Source: Prorocentrum cordatum | Lineage: Eukaryota | Assembly (NCBI GenBank): GCA_963575745.1 | Contig: CAUYUJ010000314.1 | Coordinates: 558,001-622,000, forward strand | Direction: 5' to 3' | Length of the DNA stretch: 64,000 bases | Shown here: positions 31,093-43,619 of the stretch, one piece after another | Position numbering within the stretch: the first letter of the stretch is position 1 | How the letters are laid out: each line of letters begins with the position of its first letter | Made by a program: the position numbers and the translations under genes | Notes under the pieces: model-generated | The model's input: only the letters and a program-made list of their open reading frames with translations | Told to the model about the DNA's origin: nothing | Databases searched by the model: none

Positions 31093-31116
31093 CCATTTTG
31101 GCCATTTTGGCTCAAG
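31093..31116 (+). other. Dinoflagellate spliced-leader relict (ccattttg + GCCATTTTGGCTCAAG)
   Basis: Exact match to the 3' 16 nt of DinoSL (DCCGTAGCCATTTTGGCTCAAG), preceded by a partial repeat of itself. Confidence 0.85.
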
Positions 31117-34100
31117 ACGGCACCCAGGCAGCACTGGAGATCGCACGCCTGTCAGCTTCAAGGCAGTCAAAGTGAATTTCACAACATACGTTGTGCCGCA
31201 TTTTTTTGGCACAGCGTAGACCGCTCAATATATATTGCACAACGTGCGCTGTGCACCACATTGCACTACCGAGATGACACCACACAAATTGCAACACATG
31301 GACTGAACCACGTGAATCGCAAGGCGTATATTGCTTCACGCACATTGCATTACATAAAATGCGCCACGTACGTTGCTCCACACAGCTTGTTCCACATATA
31401 TCATACGACATAGGGTGCCCAACGTATATTGCACCGCGCAGAGTGTACCGCATGGGTTGCACAATACACGTTGCACCACATAGAGTGTTTCACACTGGTT
31501 CTCCTTTGTCAAATCGTATTCGGCTTTACCCCCCCCCCCCCCAAATTGACGGGGCCCTTTTTTTTCGCATTGCAACCTACATGTGATTATGGCCCATCGT
31601 CCGTCCTAAACATGAAATCCCACCATCCCAGGCATGCATGCTGGTATCGCCCCCCCTTCCCTTCTCTTTCATCCGCTGTAGAAGATATCATTCGCGCGCG
31701 CTCGTTTTTCAAGAGTCATCACTTTCCGAGAATCCCTTGCAACAGATGGGGCGAAGTGTACACGCGCGCGTCGTCGCGCGCGCGTGCCGAAATCCTTCAA
31801 ACAATTTCAGATTTCGTCAGGATTTGAAAATAGAGTGTCTCGAACGCACATTAAATTCATATGGTTTCGCTTCGCGACTTTTCAAGAACAGCTTGCGGTC
31901 GGGCTCTTGCGAATTTTTACGAAATCCATTGTGTGTTCAACTGTTTCGTAATATGCTACCAAACGTGCCCCCGCGCGCGCATTTCGTAATCGCTCGAACG
32001 CCCTTGCGCGCGTGCTGTCGTAAGACTCCCTTGCAACAAATTGGACGCAGTGCACGCGCGTCCGTCGTCGCGCGCGTATGATGATTGTTTTTGAGAACCT
32101 TGGTTTTCGCGAGGAATTCAAAATCGAGTGTCCCGGAAATATGTGAGACACGTTGGTTTGCAGCATCAGTCTTCAAACAACATTCTGCGCTCGTGCTTCT
32201 GCGAGTTCTTAAAGAGCCTCGGTGCATTCATTATTATTCGCATTCTCGCTACTGTTATATATATATATATGGCATGTATAAGCGCGCATGTGTTATATAT
32301 ATATATATATGTACTTGTGCCACAAAAACATCGACACACATTTTCATCGCATTCGGCCATGCGGGCCTCCCGCGCCGCATTTAAACAAATCTTTCGAACG
32401 CCTTTGCGCGCGTGCTGGGGGGGGGGGGCGGGGGCGCGATCCGCGTCGAATAATCTTGTGCGGGCCACTTTCGCGCGTCGGCCGCGCGCGCATGTCGAAC
32501 CCCTTCCAGAACCGACATCACCGACGCGAGGGCGCCGTCGCCGTCACCAGCGTGATCAGTTTCGGGGCCGTCGCTGGCCTTGTCGTTGTCGGTGTCATCA
32601 TCGTCACCAGCATCGCTACCATCATCGTCGCGTGTGCCTTTGTCGACTTTGCTACGATGCCGAGCGCGTCCAAGGTGCCGACTCGCACTGAAGTGCCCAG
32701 TGGGAGGTGCCCAGCGGTCAGTGCCGCCGTGGCCGCGTCGGTCGCGCCAGACTAGCTGGCCGCTGCACGCTCGAGCGTGCGCGGGCTAGCGCGGGCTCAG
32801 AGATGCTTCAGCCAACGGCGTGCACTCATCGCAATCGCCGCCGCATGGGTTTTTTGCAAGCCAAGTTGCGGGTGGATAGGTGGGGCGATGGCGCGGGCAG
32901 TGGAGCATGCATCTTCGAGTTCGGCAGGGTGCGCCGCAGATGTTGCATCGCGTATCGTGATATGCATGATTTTTTGCAGAAGCAATCGTATAGGATGTAC
33001 CTTCGGAATGCAGTATGCACGCGGTTCTGTCCCATCGGCCATCGTAAATCTGACTGCATGCCGTCCTGGGCAGGCCGGTATCGCACCCCCCCTCACACTC
33101 TACAAGGAATACTATGCACGCGCATTCGTTCCCCCAAATCATCAGTTTGCAAGGGCCCCTTGCAACGCATGCGGCGAAGTGAGCACGCGCGCGTCGTCGC
33201 GCGCGGATGCCGGACTCTATCGGGCAACTCTTAGGTTTCGTAGTGACTTCAGAATCGAGTGTCCCGAAAACATATGAAAGCAGAGGGCTGCGCAGCGAGA
33301 CTTGTCAAAACAAGCTCGCGCTCGGGCTCTTGCGGATTCTGAAGGAAACTATCGGTTTTCCAACCTCTCAGTAACTTGCTACCACGCGGGACTCTTGCGC
33401 GCGCGTGCCGGAATCGCTCGGGCGCCCTTGCGTGCGTGTTGTCCAATTGTGCTTGCAACAAATGGGCCGCAGTGCACGCGCGCGCGTCGTTGCGCGCGCG
33501 TGCCAGTTTTTCAAAAATCTTAGGTTTCGGAAAGATTCCAAAATTGCGTGTCCCGAACACAAATTGAAAAACCACATGGTTACGCAACGCCAGTTTTCAA
33601 AAGAGCCTGCGCTCGCGCTTCTGCGATTTACTAAGGAAACCATCGGCTGTGTCACGTGTTCATTACATTCGGCCAAACGGGCCCTTCTCGCCGCGCGCCA
33701 GAACCATTCGAACTCCTTTGCGCGCTTGCTGGGGGGGGCGGGGCACGATCCGTGTCTAATAATTACGCGCGGGCAACTTTCGTGCGTTGGCCGCGCGCGC
33801 ATGTCGAACTCCGTCCAGAACCGGCATCACCGACGCGACGACGCCATCGTCGTCGTCGGCGTGATATGCTGCGGGGCCGTCGCTGGCCTTGCCGTCGTCA
33901 CGTCATCATCGTCTCCAGCATCGCTACCATCATCATCGCGTGTGCCATTCTAGACGTTGCCAATATGCCTCGTGCGTCCAAGTTGCCGACTTGCACTGAA
34001 GTGCCCAGTGGGAAGTGCCCAGCGGTCAGCGCCACCGCGGCCGCGTCGGTCGCGCCAAACTAGCTGGCCGCTGTGCGCGCGAGCATGTGCGGGCTAGCGC

Positions 34101-36329
34101 GGCCGCGGAGATGCTTCAGCCAACGCCAAGCACTCATCGCAATCGGTGCCCCATGGGTTTTGCAAACCAAGTTGCGGGTGGGTGGGATGATTGCGCGAGC
34201 ATTGGAATGGACACTTCAGCGTGAACAACAGTTAATTACATCACGTAGGTGACACTGCATAAGTTGCATCTCGTATACTGCAACACGTATTGCACATTTC
34301 GGATTTCACATTAGAGATTGCACAACACACATTGCACCACATGGTCTGCGCCACGTGGATTGCTGCACATATATTGTTCCTCGTAGATTGCTCCGCATCA
34401 ATAGCACCATTGTTTAGGGTCCACACTGGCTCACGTTCACAGATGCACGGTTTTAATGCTCCTATCGTCGACCGGAGGGGTGCTATCGTCAGGACTGGGT
34501 AGGCGCGTAGGAGCTGGAGTGTTCGTAGTCGTTCGGCTTAAGACATTCCGTCGAGTCCCAGGAGCATGGATATGACGATGGGTGTTGGCAATCCGTGGCA
34601 AGAGCTGCAATCGCATGGGCCGCATGCCTAGCACTCGCAGGGCGAACACATAAGTATAGGCGGGTTGTCTTTCGACTGCGGGGGCTTGCGGAGTCGTCCA
34701 GGTAGTTTTTGTTGTTGGGCAGGCTGCCCCCGTAGTTATGTAATGTAAAATTGATGATGGAGGGCGTTGTTGGGGACCCAGCGGGGTTGCACCGTACCCA
34801 GCCCCATTTTCGACTTCGCCCTCTTTGACTTTGCCAAGCTTGCAGCTGTTGTCATTTGGCGCCGCATGGGTGTTGGACCCAGGAGTCAACCGTGAAGCCC
34901 GTCGCAACGATTTCGACATGGGAACATCTCGGATGTTTGTTGGGGCCTTATCTTGGCGTTCGGGGGACCATGCCAGAAGCCTCTCAGAATATCTGGGGGC
35001 CTTCCTGGGAACCTTGGGTCCCTTTCAGGGCCAACTTGAAGGGCATCAGACAAGAATAATGAGTTTGCGATAACCCTCCCTCTTGTCGGAGCTCAAATCT
35101 TCGTATCTTGGGACCCTTTTGGGATGTCCCAAGGGCGGTCTTGGGAGCTTCTGGGATCATTTGGGAGCTTTTATGCCCGTCTTGTGCAATCTTGGAGCCG
35201 ATCGCGGCTGCAGAAGGCCGCGGGAAGCGAGAAGGAAACGCATGGAAGCGGAGTAGGTTTTGCAGGATGTCCTCGAGGGGGCGTGCTCGGGATCGATGTT
35301 GCCGCTGGGAGCTGTTTTGCGGCGGTCTTGGGTACTTTTGCAGTCATGCTGTAAGGCACCTTGGGCCATCATGGTTTATGTTGTGTTATATTGGAGGTAT
35401 TCTTGGGCTATCTTGGGCCTTTTGGAATGAGAAGTATCTTCATAAGCTCGTCACCCCCTCCCCGTCAGCCCCCTTTTCGAAGGGGATTTTGGACCCTGGG
35501 GAGGTGGAACCAGGGGGAAGGATCAGCTAGTGTTTCATACACGTTCACCTCCGACGAGCTGGGGTTCTGCGGACAATACTTCGCGGACGTATGTGAGTTA
35601 GAAGAATTTGAAGGGATCCGTTGTAAAGGAATTGGACGGGTCACGATAGGCATCGTAATTCGAAGATTCTGCCGAGTTAGAACAGCTATAATAGTTAAAT
35701 TAGTTAGTGTAACCAAAGCGGATGGAAGGGTGGGAATGTTCAGAGGAGTTTGAATGTGCAGAAGGCTTCAGAAGAAACATAACAGTTCGAACAGTTGTAA
35801 TAGTTAGTAATCGCGTACCCAATTCGTCGCGAAGCCAATTTGCAAATCGAAGGCATCACCGATCCCCTCAAGCCTCCTCATCAACTGAGGGTGCTATGAT
35901 AGAGAAGAAAAGGATGATGTTCAACAGGGTCATCGCCAGAACGCCGAAATGCTGTAGCACAAACCACAAATCACGAAGTCCCGAGGGCACATGTGGCACC
36001 AGTTCGAATGTTTTCAGTGTAAGGCTTCGGATTGCTGTCTTGCTTCATTGTGTGCCTACGTAGATCGATTCTTGGTAGTTTGAGCCCTCGCGTTTTTGTG
36101 TGCTTTTGTGATATCAGGGTTTGAACATTTTCATTCACGTTCGTCATGCTTCTTCGGATGCGCTTGATACTTTGGCTCGTGCTTAGGCCGGACCCTGGTA
36201 TAATTTGCACCAGGGCCCCGCAGCAATGGAGCTGACTCGGTCAGTATGGCTGGCCTTGGTCGCGGCAAGTCTTGGAGCAGCCCCAGTACATACTGAGTCA
36301 AGGCGGAATCTTTCTTGATTTGCAGTTGC

Positions 36330-36850
36330 CTACGTGCTAGTCATGTGGTCGAGGGAATGACTTTGGATCCTTTGGTCGAGGTGCGCCGCAGTGCTCGGCT
36401 GATTGTAATTGGACTTCCCGTGTCGTATTTATTCGAACCGGCAGTGAAACGTAATGGTAGGTATCCCGCAGTGTTGGTATTACGCAGAAGTTGCGTGCGT
36501 GTGTGTGGCCATTGTTTTTGTCTTGCTGGCATCACAGACCTCACGTGGCCACCACCTTCAGCCGCCTCGTCGGCATCGCCGGCTGTGCTGGTCGTTCGGG
36601 TTACGCGCTGCGTGCGCTCATTCCCCTCGTCTCGTCGCTGTCGGTTGGCCTGCCGCTGTTCTCTTCGTCACCGTCTTCGAGCGTTGCCAATGATCTCACT
36701 CGCCACCCACGCCTGGGTGCCCTATGGGCGGTCGATCCAATGGGGTCGCGCGTCTGAAGGCCCGGTCGCGCGCGTTATCTCCGTACCGCCTGCTCGACTT
36801 TCTCCGCCCCTTCGCTGCGCATGAGACCGCGATCACAAAAAAGTGTAGAT
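36330..36850 (+). mobile_element. Retroelement 3' fragment ending in hairpin + A-tract + (TG)-rich tail
   Basis: 36700-36846 aligns with 42880-43030, and the terminal motif is shared with 39134-39169 (-) and 45812-45858 (+). Confidence 0.6.
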
Positions 36851-36929
36851 GTATGTATGTATGTGTGTGTGTGTGGGGCCGTGACGCCTCTATATCTTTA
36901 TGTGTGTGTATATACACATGCGTTCATGC

Positions 36930-36962
<33 letters not shown>

Positions 36963-37059
36963 TATAAATTTGTATATAGATATCTGTATATATACACCTA
37001 TACGACCACCCTTCGGGTGAGAAGAGGTTGTGGGGGGGGAGAGGAGGGGAACCAACATC

Positions 37060-37880
37060 TGACTCAATCGATATCTCACTATCGATCTCACTCAACGGGA
37101 CACCACGGGACACCACGGGACACCACGGGACACCACGGGACACTTGTCGATCTCACTATCGATCTCACTATCGATCTCACTCAACGGGACACCACGGGAC
37201 ACCACGGGCCACCACCGGACACCACGGGACACCGCGGGACATTTCTCGATCTCACTATCGGTCTCACTATCGATCTCATTATCGATCTCACTCAACGGGA
37301 CACCATAGGACACCACGGGACACCACGGGACACCACGCGACTCCTCGGGACACCACACCGATCTCACTATCGATCTCACTATCGGTCTCACTATCGATCT
37401 CAGTATCGATCTCACTATCGATCTCACTTTTTGGGACACCATGGGACACCACGGGACACCTCGGGGCACCACATCGATCTCATTATCGATCTCACTATCG
37501 ATCTCACTTTTTGGTACACCACGGGACACCACGGGACACCTCAGGGCAACACATCGATCTCAGTATCGATGTCACTATCGATCTCAGTATCGATCTCATT
37601 ATCGATCTTACTATCGATCTTACTATCGATCTCACTTTTTGGGACACCACGGGACACCACGGGGCGCCACGGGACACCGCGGAAAACCGCGAGCCACCGC
37701 CGGACGGACGGACGGACGGGCGGGCGGGGGAAATCATTTGTCTTGACTTCGCCCTAGCAACGGCGGACACCACGGGACATCACAGGACACCACGGGACAC
37801 CGTGGGACACCGCGAGTCACTGCCGGACGGGCGGGAGGGAGGGGGATAATCATTTGTTTTGACTTCGCCCTAGCAGCGGC
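37060..37880 (+). repeat. Bipartite satellite of alternating 12-mer (cgatctcactat)n and 10-mer (gggacaccac)n blocks
   Basis: Directly visible. It ends with a duplicated ~120-bp module (atcatttg..ttgacttcgccctagca). Confidence 0.95.
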
Positions 37881-38439
37881 GGGTTCATTCCTCTCGCGCG
37901 CCCACGCAGCGTCGCCTCGCCCGCGCGCACGGCACGGACGAAATGAAACGATTTCCCGGTTGGGGGTCTCCGTTCCACTGCGATCTCACCCCCGAACTTC
38001 CGATATATGACTGTGTGTGTGTGCGTGTGTGCATGTCTGTCTGTATGTCTGCTTGGGCACTTGGGCTTCTGGTTGGAAATTTGGTATTGGTCTTGGTGTA
38101 GTTGTTGTGAGCTGGTTTCGCGGGATGACGAAAGATACTGCGCTTGGGCGTGATTGTGCGGTGCAGCGGCCAAGGACGGGCTCATTGGCCTCCAGATTCG
38201 CAGGCATTTGCCCAGTCTGACGATCGGCATTGCGGTTTGCACAGACGTGTAGCAACACGTATAATAGGGATGTTGTTGATTCAACTAGGTAATCGGTGTG
38301 TTTTTTATGGGCACGTTTTTTTGGTTTTCCAAACGGCGGCTTGGTGATGCACCACGGCCGGGGGTCACATGGCCATCGTCGTGGTCCTTATTCCCGCTGC
38401 GTGGAGCAACGTATGCGTGCGTGTACGCAGACAGGCGCA

Positions 38440-39835
38440 CATACACATTTACACGTACACATACACTTATGCAAGCAGACATTTTTTTTGTATATCGAAG
38501 CGGCCATGTCGCAGGCGATTGGTCACCAGACTACGGTGCCGTGTGCGCCGCGTGCACGCAAGAACGAGCTACAGGCTATGAGCGAATGCGCTTCGCACGT
38601 TTATGGACATATGCGCGCGCACATGCATATACAAGTACACAAACACATGCACATGCCCATGCACATGTGCATGAGACAGGACCCATAGAAAACACCCAGA
38701 GGTTGGGAAATACGAGCTTGATGGAATCACTCCTGACAGCGATAGTTCGCTGATACGGGTTCACACATAGACAGGCATTGCGCAGCAACACAAGAGGCCG
38801 CGCACGCCCACGCACAAACTCGCACCCGTGTACACATGCGCGCGCACTTGCTCGCACACGCGCACACGCAGACACGCAATGCAAGTGCACACATATACAC
38901 ACATTCTAACACAACACACGCAAACGCGTGTGCACACACACACACACACCAACGCAGACCACATAACACACAGCACACAACACACGTAATACACATAACA
39001 CACATCTCACAAAACCCACACCATGCAACACACAACACACAAACAGCACAACACCCAACACGCACCACACTTGCACACACATACACGCGCACACACGACA
39101 CACACACAACACCCCCCCTACGCACAGACACAACACAGTTTTTTAGCGTCGCGGCCCCGCGCGCAGCGACAGGGCGTCCAACGGTCAGAGAAGAAAGGCG
39201 CGCGCGTGTTTGACACCGAGCTCTCAAGCCGCTCAGAACGAGCAGCGCCGCGGCCAGCCATCAGTCATTCGGGCATGGATGACAGGGGTGTCAGACGAGG
39301 TAAGCAGGTAGCCGCTGGGCATGGAAACGACATGCTGGAAGGGCAACATGGAGGCACAGTGGAGAGTACAGTGATGCCATGGCCAGACGATTGGCAAATG
39401 GGCTGGACAAGGCACACAGAGGCCGAGGGCCAGCAGTGGCGGCGTGGGCACCGCAAAGGCTGCCGCGAGAAGGGAGCAGAGCGCACACACAGACGCACAC
39501 ACACAGACACAAACACACACAAACACACACACATATACACGCACACACACACACACCCACGCACACACATACACACACATACACACATACACACATACAC
39601 ACACATACATGTACACACATACACACACACGCGCGCGCACGCGCGCGCACGCACGCACTTACGCACACACGCACACTTTTTTGGTCGGCGGGCCGAGAGC
39701 GGGCCTCTTCTGAATAAGAGCTAGGCGGGGCGCGCGAAGCACTAATTGGGGAGACAGGGCGCGGGCGGGCCGCACACACGCACACACGCACACACGCACA
39801 GACACAGACACAGACACATACACACACACACTAGT
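38440..39835 (+). repeat. Degenerate (CA)n-rich region with embedded minus-strand retroelement ends
   Basis: CA-rich tracts interleaved with unique segments beginning cacac..ttttt. Confidence 0.8.
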
Positions 39836-40330
39836 TAAATCGGCGGCGCAGAGGAACCTCAGGTGCGGTCGGCAGATGGAGGTGCCAATTGCGAAAAGAC
39901 TTGGTCGAACGCGCCGTGATGAAATAATCGGCCACAGCCATGCAGATGTGTGGTGGCGGTGAAATAGAGTGAGGCATTGTAAAGCCAAATCGCAGCGGCC
40001 AATAATCCCGCGGAGCGAAGCTCGACGCCAGGAGTTGAAGCGCGGCAGCAGTCTGCTGCTAATTCGTCAGTAGAATGAACAGCACTGTAGGGCTGCCAGA
40101 CCATCCAGCAGGGCGACGACGCGAAACGCGCAGCCAACGCGACAAGCGGCGCCGCCAGGCATGCAAAAGACACGACATAAAGCCATGCAAGTGCATGTGT
40201 CGCGAGAAACGCGCACGTCCGAGGCAGACAACGCCAGGACAAAAAGTAAAATTGAACCCAGGCGACCGCGACAGTAGCCGCTTCACGCGATGACGCACGT
40301 GGGTGGTGGGCAGCGCAGGCGAATCCATGC
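39835..40330 (-). mobile_element. Retroelement 3' fragment (second family), minus-strand copy
   Basis: Homologous to 48040-48275 (+). Translations end LFHHGAFDQVFSQLAPPSADRT* and LFHHGTFDQIRSQLATPPFDRA*, and both abut (TG)n. Confidence 0.7.
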
Positions 40331-40789
40331 GCGGTGGACAGGCGCGTGCGTGAAAGCACATAGACACAAATATCATACACACATTTTTTGGGGGGGTCAG
40401 CGGCTAGGCACGGTGACAGCGCTGGCGAAAAGACATACGCACACACACACACACACACGCAACACCACTCTTTCAAAGGTTGGGCAATCAACATTACCTC
40501 CCCGACCGCCAGCTGCGGGCGCGAATGGCGTGGCAGGCTTTCGTCGGCAGCTGGTCCTGCAAGTTGGAAGCGACGGCCCGGCATTATTCGGAAGGGGCGA
40601 AAACGTGTGGACAGGCCTCGTGGGACCGACCCAAGCCGAAATCAGCCAACTTTGAGCAGACGGGCCATTAGAAGTGCAGCGCAGACCACCGCAGGCTTGA
40701 AGTGGCGAGTGTTGGGACGTTTTGGATTGCGAAACAGGACCCTACAGGGCAGCCTAGAGACGCGGGCGGTCGCCAGGGTCACGAGGTGG

Positions 40790-40995
40790 CCGCGGCAGCG
40801 CCGCGACCGCCTGGGCTGCAAGGAAGTCTCGACAAAGTTGTTGCGGCCGCAGCCGAGTGGCCAGCGGCTACAAGGCCCAGGGGTACAGCCGCGGCCGCCT
40901 GGGCTGCAAGGGCGTCTCGACCAAACCGTTGCGTCCGCCGCAGCCGAGAGGCCAGCGGCCACGAGGCCCAGGGGTGCAGCCGCGGCCGCCGACGA
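40790..40995 (+). repeat. ~90-bp tandem duplication
   Basis: gccgcagccgag.ggccagcggc.ac.aggcccagggg occurs at about 40846 and 40937. Confidence 0.8.
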
Positions 40996-42499
40996 GCGGC
41001 CATGTGCGGCGTGCGGCTTCAAGCAGCGCCGCTCCAAGTGCAGGCAGGAATGCAGCCGCGGGCCGGGTCAATGGCCTGGGGGCGAGTGAAACGAAGACGG
41101 GGGAGCTCTCTTCAGACAGACTGGAGGCGGGGCGGCCTTTGGCCCCGTGTCGTGCTGGCCATTTCTAGCCAGGGCGGCGCGAGTCAACGGGTTCCAATGC
41201 ACATGTGCGCGCGCATCCTGCTCTTACAGCTTAAAGCGCATTTAGTTCACGCGCGAATGCATGCGTAAACGCAGTCGGTACATGCATACGCACACGTTTC
41301 TGTCGGATTACTTTGGAAGTAGTTCGGTGGGTGTGGGTCATGCGTGGATGCAGTTGAAGGTGAACCTTTGCAAGGCGATGGTTGTTGCGTATCTACGTTT
41401 TCGTGCTTGGATAGTCCTGCAGATGCCAATCTCAAATCAGCTGGAAGGGTGTCTTTTGATCCGGCTTCACACCTGCATATTTTTTGCAGCGACCGTGTAG
41501 CGGAGCGGGGTGGGGTGTGCCAAAGACGCGAGGAAGCTGATTGCTGCGCAGAGCCAGAGCCCGGTGACCCGCATCGTGGCGACCTAGCTGCCGCTCTTCT
41601 TCTCAGTTGCCTGGTGAAGCGGAGGATCACATGTAAGGGGCATTCGCTCGTGTGCGCAGAATGGAGTCCTTGATGGTGGGCTGAATGCAGCTTCCTCTCC
41701 TTCGCGGATGTTCACGGGGCATGCCAATTTTTTGGCATCGAACTCAATAAAGATGGGGGATAGTGGCATGATGTTCTGGAGGATCAAACTCGGAAGTGTT
41801 TGTTAGAGGCCAGCGTGCTCCTGGGTACTACCACATTGTCTCGTTGACTGCCTTTTTGAGTCGCGTGGGCATTGCGCCGCACGGTCCATTTGGATTCTAA
41901 AAAAGTTTCGGAATTGTATAGTAGGAGTGGAGAGACGCATCTTGCGTTTCTTTCAGGGTTTGCCGTAGACAGGCTCAGGGAAAGACTCTCGCGTGGTTTT
42001 GCAGCCGACGCATAAGACCAGCATGACTCTCAAGATACGATGTTGAGAATATCTCGTGACGAGAAGTGGGTATCACTTTCTCTCGTTTGTTTGTGTTCTC
42101 GTTTTGTGGGTGATGATGGTTTTCTCCACCGTGATTGGGTTGTGCACAAGAGGTCTTGGATACGTCTGGTGAGCTCTCGGGGTGTCTCTCTGGTACCTCT
42201 TGGGAGTCCCTTGGATTGAGGGTTTCTTAGGGGGCCTCCTTGGGGCCTGTTAGGACTTCTGGGCGCCTCTTGGGGGCATGTTGGCTGTCTCGTAGGCCAT
42301 CTTGGAAATAGCCTCTTCTTTGTAGGCCGAGATGAAATCGGGGGGTGATCCCCCTTACCCTCAAAAGTCTGGGTGGAAGAGGGGCTCGACCCTCCCTCTG
42401 TCTCGCCCTGTCTTGTAGGGTTGTCTCTATTTCACTCTTGTCTATTTGCGTATCCTTTTTTGTTTGAATTCTATGGTGTGTGTGTGATGTGCATATGTG

Positions 42500-43030
42500 T
42501 TTGTCCCCACGCCTTCATGTAGTCCTGAATGCGCTCGATCTTGGCTGCTCAGCGGTCGGAGCCCTCCCTGCGGGCTCGAGCCTTGTCGACGCAACCGTGC
42601 AAGTTGGCCAACTTACTCTTTGAGCGTGGCCCGTCGTAGCCGAATTTGTTCCGCTGATCGTCGCTCATTGTCGCGCCGGAGGAAAGTGTGTGGGTGTGTG
42701 TGTGTGTGTGTGGCGTGCGTAGCCCGCCTAGCTTCTAGCGGAAGAGGTTCGCTCTCGCCCCGCCGACCAAAAAGTGTATGTGTGTGTGTGTGGGTGTGTG
42801 TGTGTTGCTTCTCGTCCTGGCTTCCAACCTTGGGTGCACCCCCTTGTCGCCCTCGGGCTTGCCTGCACCTGCTGCGCGCCCCCGCTGCCCACGCCCTGGC
42901 AGGCGTATGGCACCGTCGATCCTACGGGATCTCCGCCCTTCTTCTGAGGGGCCGGCCGCGCGCGCGCTTCTCGGCTGGGGGCTTTCTCCGCTTCGTCGCT
43001 GCGCTCGAGGCCGCGATCGAAGAAACGTGT
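42500..43030 (+). mobile_element. Three stacked short retroelement 3' ends, each ending AAA(G/C)(TG)n
   Basis: Ends at about 42686, 42775 and 43028. 42720-42780 is the inverse of 39672-39730, and 42880-43030 matches 36700-36846. Confidence 0.6.
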
Positions 43031-43138
43031 CTATATATGTGTTATACATACATATACATGTAAGTCTATATATGTGTTACAGATAAAAAATTAAAGCGTG
43101 TGCCCCCCCACACACATATATATATATATGTGCGTGTG

Positions 43139-43170
43139 TCCGTAGCCTTTGGCCCAAGTTCTGGCTCGAG
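43139..43170 (+). other. Degenerate tandem spliced-leader relicts (tccgtagcctttggcccaag + ttctggctcgag)
   Basis: Aligns to DinoSL TCCGTAGCCATTTTGGCTCAAG with a 2-nt gap and 1 mismatch, followed by a second partial relict. Confidence 0.7.
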
Positions 43171-43619
43171 CCCACGCTCTCTTCTCCACAGCAGTCTGTG
43201 CGCCGCCGGGGGCGATTGCCCCGTCGCTGCTCGGATGCAGCGGAGGAGGCTCCTCCGCCTGCCGCTCCCCTGGCCTGTCCCCCTCGCCGCTGCCCGGCGA
43301 AGAGTGGACCGAGTCGATTCCCTGTGTCCCCGTGTCGACTGCGGGGCCCACACCTGGCTGGCCCGCCGCGGCTGCCTGCCACACCTCCTATGGCCCGCTC
43401 GCCCAAGCCGGACCAGGGGGTCTATGCGGCTGCTGCAGCCACTGGAGCTTTTCTCCTGTCATTGCTGCTGCGGGTGGCCGTGGGCGGCCAACCCCAACTG
43501 TGCGCATCGTCCCGCCATCGATGGGTGAATTTTCCCACGCCCAGGCGGGTCGAGGCCGCTCTACGGGCCCCTCGACGTTATAATTTCCGGGCCTCAGACA
43601 GCAGGCTCCAACAACGGAA

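Larger units (their letters stand above)
29880..34430 (+). repeat. Three diverged tandem copies of a ~1.4-1.55-kb composite unit
   Basis: The anchor cttgcaaca..g..cgaagtg.acgcgcgcgtcgtcgcg occurs at about 30175, 31735 and 33158, each with a second copy ~290 bp later. 32400-32880 aligns closely with 33710-34190. Confidence 0.8.

Noticed and set aside
31093..31210. Functional SL RNA gene
   Set aside because: The 5' DCCGTA of the leader is missing and no GT donor follows the SL exon.
34437..36320. Protein-coding genes in the short ORFs of this unique-looking region
   Set aside because: No motifs, no consistent frame and no convincing splice pattern. Left uncalled.
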